Source of the DNA: Candidatus Babelota bacterium
GTDB taxonomy: Bacteria; Babelota; Babeliae; Babelales; Vermiphilaceae
Assembly (NCBI GenBank): GCA_039809905.1
Contig: JBDHVY010000001.1
Coordinates: 300,001 to 332,000 of the forward strand
Direction of reading: 5' to 3'
DNA: 32,000 bases
Part shown: positions 20,231 through 26,595 of the stretch, piece by piece
Position numbering within the stretch: position 1 is the stretch's first letter
Layout of the letters: the number at the start of each line of letters is the position of its first letter
Made by a program: the position numbers and the translations under genes
Notes under the pieces: model-generated
The model's input: the letters and a program-made list of their open reading frames with translations, nothing else
What the model was told of the DNA's origin: nothing
The model's database searches: none

Positions 20231-20929
20231 CTATAAGGAACGCACAAATTCATCAGAATTAACAGAGATACCAACGCCCATTGTCGAAGACAAGGACATT
20301 TTTTTAAGATACTTGCCTTTAGCTGTTGCAGGCTTTGACGCCACAACCGCTTTAACCAAAGCATCTAAATTATCATGAAGTTTTTGAACGTCAAATGAAA
20401 CTTTACCTATTGAAAAATGAACTATACCTTGCTTATCATTTCTGAAGAAAGCGCGGCCTCTTTTCAAATCAGCAACAATTGATTCTACGTCAAAAGTAAC
20501 TGTACCTACTTTTTTGTTCGGTAACAATCCACGAGGACCTAGAACTCGTGCAAGCACACCAACTGCCCCCATAACATCCGGTGTCGCCACTGCGTAATCA
20601 AAATCAAGCCAGCCACCTTGTACTTTTTCAATAAGGTCTTCCATGCCCACAAAATCAGCACCAGCTTTTTTTGCTGCATCAGCATATTCACCTTTTGCAA
20701 ATACAATAATAACTTTTTCTTTCCCTTTACTGTGAGGCAAAACTACAGAACCTCTTACGGTCTGCTCGCCTTTAGCTGCATCGATGCCCAAATTGATAGC
20801 AACATCAACTGATTCATCGAATTTAACAAAGGAAAGGTCTTTAATTTGCTGCAATGCTGCATCTACACCAAGATCGCCTTTGGATCTTTTTGATATCGCT
20901 GCTTGATATTTTTTTCCATGCTTAGCCAT
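20231..20929 (-). CDS. rplA: 50S ribosomal protein L1
   Basis: KFDESVDVAINLGIDAAKGEQTVRGSVVLPHSKGK, LGPRGLLPNKKVGTVT. Confidence 0.97.
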   Translation of the reverse strand: MAKHGKKYQAAISKRSKGDLGVDAALQQIKDLSFVKFDESVDVAINLGIDAAKGEQTVRGSVVLPHSKGKEKVIIVFAKGEYADAAKKAGADFVGMEDLIEKVQGGWLDFDYAVATPDVMGAVGVLARVLGPRGLLPNKKVGTVTFDVESIVADLKRGRAFFRNDKQGIVHFSIGKVSFDVQKLHDNLDALVKAVVASKPATAKGKYLKKMSLSSTMGVGISVNSDEFVRSL

Positions 20930-20943
20930 TATATTCCCCCCAC

Positions 20944-21369
20944 TCAGTCAACAACGTCGATTCCAATACTTCGCGCACTGCCAGCAATAATTTTTTTAGC
21001 CTGCTCTATGTCTATTGCAGTCAAGTCAGCCATTTTAAGTGCTGCAATTTCTTCAATATCTTTCCACGAAATTTTTCCAACTTTTTGTTCGTGGGGACGA
21101 GCAGATCCTTTTGTTAGATTTGCTCTTTTTTTAATATAATAAGTAGCAGGAGCGGTTTTTACTTTAAACTCAAACGTACGATCTGTGTATACAGTAATTT
21201 CTACCGGTACAGGCTCGCCTTTACGATTGGCTGTTTGAGCATTAAACGCTTTGCAGAACTCCATAATATTAACTTGGTGCTGACCAAGAGAAGAACCTAC
21301 AGGAGGAGCCGGAGTTGCGCTGCCGCCTTGAATCTGAAGTTTAATTCTTGCTTTAACTATTTTCGCCAT
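20944..21369 (-). CDS. rplK: 50S ribosomal protein L11
   Basis: [37 protein letters not shown]. The ATG at 21369 is preferred over the track start at 21378 (TTG). Confidence 0.97.
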   Translation of the reverse strand: MAKIVKARIKLQIQGGSATPAPPVGSSLGQHQVNIMEFCKAFNAQTANRKGEPVPVEITVYTDRTFEFKVKTAPATYYIKKRANLTKGSARPHEQKVGKISWKDIEEIAALKMADLTAIDIEQAKKIIAGSARSIGIDVVD

Positions 21370-21390
21370 GATAGACAATTACCTCACTCA

Positions 21391-21909
21391 TTATCGCTTA
21401 ATTTGATGAAAGCCAAGTTCAACCGGGGTCATTCTGCCAAAAATACTAACCATAACCGTTAATTTTTCGCTATTATAATCTACGCTATCAATAATACCGA
21501 CAAATCCAGCAAATGGCCCCTCAACTATATCTACTTCACTACCGAGAGAGAATTCTTCTCGTGTAGTTTCAACCGCTACTTCTCCTTTAACTTGAGAAAT
21601 AATACGATCGATTTCTTTTTGTGATATTGGCTCAGGATTTTTGCCCCCCAAAAATCTCAAAACTCGAATACTTGCCGTTACAACACGAAGTGACTCAGGA
21701 GTCATTTCCATTTCGGCTAAAATGTAACCAGGAAAAAGCTGTTGGTCAGCGCTTTCGTCTATTGCAAATAGTGGCTTAGACTTAGCTGATGGGACGAGAA
21801 TTTCACCAAAAAAATCCTGCATTCCCTCTGCCTGAATTCGCTTTTCAATGTCAACCTTAGCTGCTTGCTCATAACCTGCATATACTTGTACCACATACCA
21901 GCGCTTCAT
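21391..21909 (-). CDS. nusG: Transcription termination/antitermination protein NusG
   Basis: RWYVVQVYAGYEQAAK, QLFPGYILAEME, and the KOW region GSEVDIVEGPFAGFVGIIDSVDYNSEKLTVMVSIFGRMTPVELGFHQI. Confidence 0.97.
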   Translation of the reverse strand: MKRWYVVQVYAGYEQAAKVDIEKRIQAEGMQDFFGEILVPSAKSKPLFAIDESADQQLFPGYILAEMEMTPESLRVVTASIRVLRFLGGKNPEPISQKEIDRIISQVKGEVAVETTREEFSLGSEVDIVEGPFAGFVGIIDSVDYNSEKLTVMVSIFGRMTPVELGFHQIKR

Positions 21910-21930
21910 ATGATCTTTGTCCTGTCAAAA

Positions 21931-22131
21931 CTAGTAACCACTATACATTCTAACTATAAAACGCCAGAGCTCGGTAAGCCCTTTATCAACTAACCCTAAG
22001 TAAATTGAAAAAAAAGACATGAGCAACAGAACCACAATCATTGATCCTGCAAACTCATTAAATTTAGGCCAAGTAACTTTTGAAAGTTCAAGCTGCACAT
22101 CTTTAACAAACTGTGTTACATTTTTTATCAT
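21931..22131 (-). CDS. secE: Preprotein translocase subunit SecE
   Basis: MIKNVTQFVKDVQLELSKVTWPKFNEFAGSMIVVLLLMSFFSIYLGLVDKGLTELWRFI. The track start at 22179 would run into tRNA-Trp, so the internal ATG is used. Confidence 0.93.
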   Translation of the reverse strand: MIKNVTQFVKDVQLELSKVTWPKFNEFAGSMIVVLLLMSFFSIYLGLVDKGLTELWRFIVRMYSGY

Positions 22132-22150
22132 CTTTTTTCTTCTTTCTAAT

Positions 22151-22226
22151 GGCAGGCCAGGAGGGACTCGAACCCCCAACCGGCAGATTTGGAGTCTGCT
22201 GCTCTACCAAATTGAGCTACTGACCT
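22151..22226 (-). tRNA. tRNA-Trp(CCA), CCA encoded
   Basis: AGGTCAGTAGCTCAATTTGGTAGAGCAGCAGACTCCAAATCTGC...GGTTCGAGTCCCTCCTGGCCTGCCA. Anticodon loop CTCCAAA. Confidence 0.95.
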
Positions 22227-22236
22227 ACAAAGAGGC

Positions 22237-22397
22237 CTATTTTGTTTCTTTATGATCATTGTGCTTGCGGCAACGCGCGCAAAATTTACTCAGCTTTAAA
22301 GAACCAATAGTTCTTTTTTTTGAAACAACCTGAGTATAGTTACGCTCTTTGCATACTTCGCAAACCAAATGAGTAGTTTTTCTATTTTTTGCCATAA
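22237..22397 (-). CDS. rpmG: 50S ribosomal protein L33 with an apparent -1 frameshift at the A7 run (22377-22383)
   Basis: ATGGCAAAAAATAGA-AAA-AAA then a shift to ACT ACT CAT... gives [53 protein letters not shown]. The CxxC pairs and the position between tRNA-Thr and tRNA-Trp/secE support L33. Absent from the ORF track. Confidence 0.8.
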
Positions 22398-22440
22398 TTA
22401 TAAAGACACTTAAAGAGGACCCTTAAACCAATGATCTATC

Positions 22441-22515
22441 TGGAGCCCGCGACCGGGATTGAACCGGTGGCCTCTTCCTTACCAAGGAAGTGCTCTGCCT
22501 CTGAGCTACGTGGGC
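22441..22515 (-). tRNA. tRNA-Thr(GGT), CCA encoded
   Basis: GCCCACGTAGCTCAGAGGCAGAGCACTTCCTTGGTAAGGAAGAGGCCACCGGTTCAATCCCGGTCGCGGGCTCCA. Confidence 0.95.
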
Positions 22516-22518
22516 ATG

Positions 22519-22537
22519 AACCGTAATCCTTACGGTT
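22519..22537. promoter_or_regulatory. 8-bp inverted repeat AACCGTAA-TCC-TTACGGTT next to a TATAAT box (minus strand, 22539-22544)
   Basis: Lies just upstream of tRNA-Thr(GGT), between its 5' end and the minus-strand TATAAT. Confidence 0.45.
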
Positions 22538-22722
22538 TATTATAGATTAATTAAAAAAACAGAAAAAGACAAACTTTTTGAACACCTATTGTGTATTAGA
22601 AATCAGAAAGACGCTGTAAATTATTATTGTCCGCCCTACTATGCTCTTTGAGCCCGCAAGGGAATATCTTTATCCCTTGAACTTTGCATTCTAAAAACGA
22701 AATGTAAGCTAGGATAAAAACA

Positions 22723-22798
22723 TGGAGCCGGCGATAGGATTCGAACCAATGACCTGCTGATTACAAATCAGCTGCTCTACCAACTGAGCTACGCCGGC
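22723..22798 (-). tRNA. tRNA-Thr(TGT), CCA encoded
   Basis: GCCGGCGTAGCTCAGTTGGTAGAGCAGCTGATTTGTAATCAGCAGGTCATTGGTTCGAATCCTATCGCCGGCTCCA. Confidence 0.95.
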
Positions 22799-22809
22799 TT
22801 AAACTTTTC

Positions 22810-22885
22810 TGGAGCGGGAAACGAGGGTCGAACTCGCAACCTACAGCTTGGAAGGCTGTCGCTCTGCCAATTGAGCTATTCCCGC
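22810..22885 (-). tRNA. tRNA-Gly(TCC), CCA encoded
   Basis: GCGGGAATAGCTCAATTGGCAGAGCGACAGCCTTCCAAGCTGTAGGTTGCGAGTTCGACCCTCGTTTCCCGCTCCA. Confidence 0.95.
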
Positions 22886-22978
22886 ATTATTTTTGGCCCA
22901 ATTTCTGCTTATGCTACAATCAGGCACCCTAAAAACAATGGTTATATCAATCGTTTAGACCATCTTCTGAAAAATGGC

Positions 22979-23008
22979 CTGCCATACAAAGCTTTACGCG
23001 TAGTATGG
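22979..23008 (-). repeat. Copy 3 of the 30-nt palindromic repeat, overlapping the tRNA-Tyr 3' CCA end
   Basis: Minus-strand sequence CCATACTACGCGTAAAGCTTTGTATGGCAG. CCATAC pairs with GTATGG; 24/30 identical to copy 2. Confidence 0.75.
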
Positions 23009-23090
23009 TGGCGAGGGCTGGATTCGAACCAGCGAAGGCATAGCCGATGGATTTACAGTCCACCCCCTTTGGCCGCTCGGGAACCTCGCC
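23006..23090 (-). tRNA. tRNA-Tyr(GTA), class II with long variable arm, CCA encoded
   Basis: GGCGAGGTTCCCGAGCGGCCAAAGGGGGTGGACTGTAAATCCA...TTCGCTGGTTCGAATCCAGCCCTCGCCACCA. Confidence 0.94.
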
Positions 23091-23341
23091 GTACCCAAGC
23101 ATATTCCACAAGCTTGTTCAACTATGATATTGCTTTTTTTAATGGATTTCAACTTAATTTTAACAAAAAATCGATTTTTTTATAAAATTCTTTAATTTTT
23201 GATCTTTTTTCTGCTAATAAGGGTCATTTTTTTTAATAATTAAAACAACAATAGTCTTTTTGAATAAAGATAAAAACGCCACTATAGTTAAACTTATATA
23301 TTAGGTTATTTCTTTATCAATAATTTATAGGAAAATACATA

Positions 23342-23764
23342 ATGGCTATCTCCAATAAATCATTAATTGCTGCAACATGCTTTTTAATATCATCATTGTC
23401 TTATGCAGAAGAAGTTACTCCATTGCAGTATGCTAAAGCACAATTCTTATCTAATCTTCCATTAGAACAAACATATGAACAAACATATGAGCAAATATAT
23501 GTTGCAAAACAGCTTACCCTATTCCAATGCCTTGGTGCCGTAGCTATTGGCAGAGCATTACTATTGAATAAAGTAGGTAAAAAGCTCATACAAAACGGGT
23601 GTACTTATATTAATCTCAAAAATGCTCCCTCTTATATTAAAACTCCACAAGCTATGAAGAAAAATTTGATTCTTTCTATTCCTGTTGGCGTAATTGCACT
23701 CGCGTCTCCCGTGATATTCGAAAAAGTAGAAGAATTGGCAAAAAATACAAAGAATCAAAAGTAA
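23342..23764 (+). CDS. Hypothetical exported/membrane protein
   Basis: N-terminal signal-like MAISNKSLIAATCFLISSLSYAEE; hydrophobic stretch LILSIPVGVIALASPVIF. Confidence 0.65.
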   Translation: MAISNKSLIAATCFLISSLSYAEEVTPLQYAKAQFLSNLPLEQTYEQTYEQIYVAKQLTLFQCLGAVAIGRALLLNKVGKKLIQNGCTYINLKNAPSYIKTPQAMKKNLILSIPVGVIALASPVIFEKVEELAKNTKNQK

Positions 23765-23800
23765 ATTAAAATAAAGAACAATAAGAATATTCTTTAAAAG

Positions 23801-23845
23801 AAAGAAAAAGGCTTCATGCAAAACATGAGCCTTTTTCTTTCTTTA
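23801..23845. terminator. Bidirectional intrinsic terminator between convergent genes
   Basis: GAAAAAGGCTTCATG-CAAAA-CATGAGCCTTTTTC, flanked by A-rich and T-rich tracts. Confidence 0.8.
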
Positions 23846-23862
23846 TTCACAAAAATTAGGAT

Positions 23863-24288
23863 TTAAAATTCTATCCGCATAACCCGCTTATCGGGATCTT
23901 CATGATAATCAAAAAAAATAGTACAAACATCATGGGTTAACAATGATCCAACTACTTCGGGCCATTCAACAAATACCCAACTATCAGGTTGGTACAAATA
24001 TTCATCAAACCCTTGTGCCTGAAACTCTTGCACACTGCTAATCCGATAAAGATCAAAATGATAAAAACGTTCATGCTTATGATTCTCATATGCATTAACA
24101 TACGTGAATGTTGGACTTGTGATAGTACCAACAACACCACAACTACGCAGCAATGCCTTAATCGTTGTTGTTTTACCAGCGCCTAAAGGACCACTACAAG
24201 CAAAAACCTGATATGAACTCATTAACCCTTTTAACTCTTGAATCACCATATCCTGCTCTTGCAGAGAATATATTATTTCTTTAATCAT
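23863..24288 (-). CDS. tsaE: tRNA threonylcarbamoyladenosine biosynthesis ATPase TsaE
   Basis: Walker A SGPLGAGKTTTIKALLR, TSPTFTYVNAYE, YHFDLYRI and VFVEWPE. Confidence 0.93.
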   Translation of the reverse strand: MIKEIIYSLQEQDMVIQELKGLMSSYQVFACSGPLGAGKTTTIKALLRSCGVVGTITSPTFTYVNAYENHKHERFYHFDLYRISSVQEFQAQGFDEYLYQPDSWVFVEWPEVVGSLLTHDVCTIFFDYHEDPDKRVMRIEF

Positions 24289-24294
24289 AATAAT

Positions 24295-24924
24295 TTATAA
24301 TTTTTTTAATTTTTGTAATAACACTCGTTCTTGCTTGGTAAACTCATCTTTTTTTTGTGATCGATTTTGAACAAAATCTTCGCTTTTTTCTGAAACATGT
24401 TTACTTGCTTCAATCATTAATTTATCTAACATATCTTGTGCACTACTACTAAATTCTCTATCTTGAGTTAATTTTACAACGTGATCTTGCTGTTGGCTAC
24501 TCACAGTTTTTTTTGTTTTTAATTCTTGATGTAAAAGTTGTGAAAATGTTGATGAATCAATAGAAGGAATATTGTGATGCTGAGCATATCTATTCAATTC
24601 AGAATCGGACGACACAAGTAATAAATCTTTTGCTTTATGAAGATCAATATATTCTTTGATATAATCATCAGCACTCTCATGCATGCCAGAATACACAATT
24701 TGGACAGTTTTACCATTTTCCTTAAAAGGCCATTCATGAGGTCCCCCATCAAACACAATAACCATTTTGTGCTTCTTTCGGTGACCATATGTACCAAGCT
24801 GAATAATAAACCGAGCTCTTTCTTGCTCGGTAATCGCTTTTTTATACGGAGGTATGGAACGTAAAAGATTGTATGCATCAACGATAATAATCATAACTTT
24901 TGTGTCCCCAACACCTATGTTCAT
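24295..24924 (-). CDS. YacP-like NYN domain protein (putative RNase)
   Basis: IIIVDAYNLLRSIP, VIVFDGG, VYSGMHESADDYIKEYI, and LLLVSSDSELNRYAQ. Confidence 0.8.
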   Translation of the reverse strand: MNIGVGDTKVMIIIVDAYNLLRSIPPYKKAITEQERARFIIQLGTYGHRKKHKMVIVFDGGPHEWPFKENGKTVQIVYSGMHESADDYIKEYIDLHKAKDLLLVSSDSELNRYAQHHNIPSIDSSTFSQLLHQELKTKKTVSSQQQDHVVKLTQDREFSSSAQDMLDKLMIEASKHVSEKSEDFVQNRSQKKDEFTKQERVLLQKLKKL

Positions 24925-24989
24925 AAAATGTTTATTATAGAAAGCATCACTATATTAGCCCAAAAAAGTATCTAAAACTCTTTTAATCT

Positions 24990-25047
24990 GGGGTCCCCAA
25001 TCGGCATATATAAAGATTGGAGCTATAAAAGTATACCACAGTACCCC
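24990..25047 (+). other. Nested inverted repeats, possible structured leader or small RNA
   Basis: Outer GGGGT (24990-24994) and ACCCC (25043-25047). Inner CCAATC (24997-25002) and GATTGG (25013-25018). Confidence 0.3.
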
Positions 25048-25122
25048 GTCCTTGTTACAATCAACAAACTATTTTTTACATCTATATTTTTGACAGGTAT
25101 AGGGGAAAAGATAAACTAACTA

Positions 25123-25650
25123 ATGAATTATGAAAGAATAATATCTCATAAAAACAAAAGGATTTTTGTGAAAAAAAAGTTATTTCTTATGATCTGCCTA
25201 ACGGCATTAAATTCATCAATAGCTTTATCAAATGACAAAAAAAGTGACAATCTGTCTACAACTATAGGAGCTGTCCTGATTGTCGGTGCAGGTTATTACC
25301 TTTATAACAAATATACCACTCAAGCACCTGCCCCTTCTTCTGAAAAACCACAACAACTACATGATTCGCCAAAAATTATACCCCAAGAACGAAAAAAGAT
25401 TTCTGATGTTGATCTAAAAATAGATAGTCCTAGCAATAACAATCAAAAACCACAACCTTCGCTAACACATGATAAACTTCAAGATGAATCACCTAAAAAA
25501 CTAACAGTTACGCCACCTGCCACTGCTGAAAACAAGACTGATAACCTAACTCCTTCTGTTCCAAGCAATAATCTTGCCTGGCGAGAAATCTTTGGTAACA
25601 GTTTTGCTAAAATAACATCTGATCATCTGAACGATATAGTCTGGGAATAA
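25123..25650 (+). CDS. Hypothetical exported protein with one TM segment and low-complexity tail
   Basis: KKKLFLMICLTALNSSIALS signal-like, then TTIGAVLIVGAGYYLYNKY and a Pro/Ser/Lys/Gln-rich region. Confidence 0.6.
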   Translation: MNYERIISHKNKRIFVKKKLFLMICLTALNSSIALSNDKKSDNLSTTIGAVLIVGAGYYLYNKYTTQAPAPSSEKPQQLHDSPKIIPQERKKISDVDLKIDSPSNNNQKPQPSLTHDKLQDESPKKLTVTPPATAENKTDNLTPSVPSNNLAWREIFGNSFAKITSDHLNDIVWE

Positions 25651-25731
25651 TATAGCTTTTAATTGAAAAATAACCCAACTAAGGGTACATTAGATTAATA
25701 TCATAGCTTAACACAAGCATGCTGGAGCGTT

Positions 25732-26583
25732 ATGTCTAAACTCATTCAAATGCGTAATCGCATTCAAACTATTGAAACAATAAGAAAAGTCACTGATGTG
25801 ATGCGCATTATTTCAATGTCAGCTCACTCACGTCTTAAAACCAAGCAAGAACCACTCAATACCTATTTGAATGCTCTCAAAAACCTTCTTGCAAAAGTAC
25901 AGCGAGCAACTCCATCGTGGTCACATGAACAACTTATGCCAACAGGCGATAATAACAATCGTTTGATTATTATTATTGGATCACAAAAAGGTTTATGTGG
26001 TGCTTTTAATACACAATTATCAAAAGTATTGAATGAATATTTATTAGCGAATCCATCTGCTCATTATCATTTCAGCGCAGTTGGAAAAAAACCAATTGAA
26101 TATCTGATTAACAATCATCCTGAAAAATTACTATGCTCTTTTCCTACCCTGACTTCACGTAATTTCTTAACAATCGCTCAAGAACTAACAGATCTGATTA
26201 TGACGGCAACCCCATCATATAGCTCAGTTGTGATCATCAGCAATGTATTCAAAAACTTTTTTGTACAAAAAGCTACCATTACGCAACTCATTCCTTTTGA
26301 TCCAACGCAGATTACCACGCATGCAACTCCTCCTACCGAAGGATATATGTGGGATGAAACCCCCAATACTATTCTTGATAAGTTAGCAATACAATATATT
26401 GAAGCACAGTTTCAGCATCTTATTTTCCAATCATTGTTATCTGAACATGCTGCACGCTTTCTTTCTATGGATAATTCAACACGTAATGCTAACACATTGC
26501 TCAACACAACTAAATTAGAATATAATAAAGTGCGACAAGCAAAAATTACCACTGAAATTACTGAATTGACGGGAAATTTTTAA
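25732..26583 (+). CDS. atpG: ATP synthase subunit gamma
   Basis: N-terminal MRNRIQTIETIRKVTDVMRIISMSAHSRL, IIIIGSQKGLCGAFNTQL, C-terminal LSEHAARFLSMDNSTRNANTLLNTTKLEYNKVRQAKITTEITELTG. Confidence 0.95.
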   Translation: MSKLIQMRNRIQTIETIRKVTDVMRIISMSAHSRLKTKQEPLNTYLNALKNLLAKVQRATPSWSHEQLMPTGDNNNRLIIIIGSQKGLCGAFNTQLSKVLNEYLLANPSAHYHFSAVGKKPIEYLINNHPEKLLCSFPTLTSRNFLTIAQELTDLIMTATPSYSSVVIISNVFKNFFVQKATITQLIPFDPTQITTHATPPTEGYMWDETPNTILDKLAIQYIEAQFQHLIFQSLLSEHAARFLSMDNSTRNANTLLNTTKLEYNKVRQAKITTEITELTGNF

Positions 26584-26595
26584 ACCTCAGCATCG

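Noticed and set aside
22132-22179. N-terminal extension of secE (MGVRVPPGLPLERRKK)
   Set aside because: The extension overlaps tRNA-Trp. MIKNVTQFVKD is the normal SecE start.
22019-22255. ORF translating as SNGRPGGTRTPNRQIWSLLLYQ
   Set aside because: This is the plus-strand readthrough of tRNA-Trp, a known spurious protein type.
23165-23180. Perfect palindrome AAAAAATCGATTTTTT
   Set aside because: Low complexity and expected by chance in an AT-rich spacer; not enough to claim a regulatory site.
22871-23185. 104-aa ORF containing VVWWRGLDSNQRRHSRWIYSPPPLAAREPR
   Set aside because: Typical spurious translation of the complement of tRNA-Tyr, not a protein.
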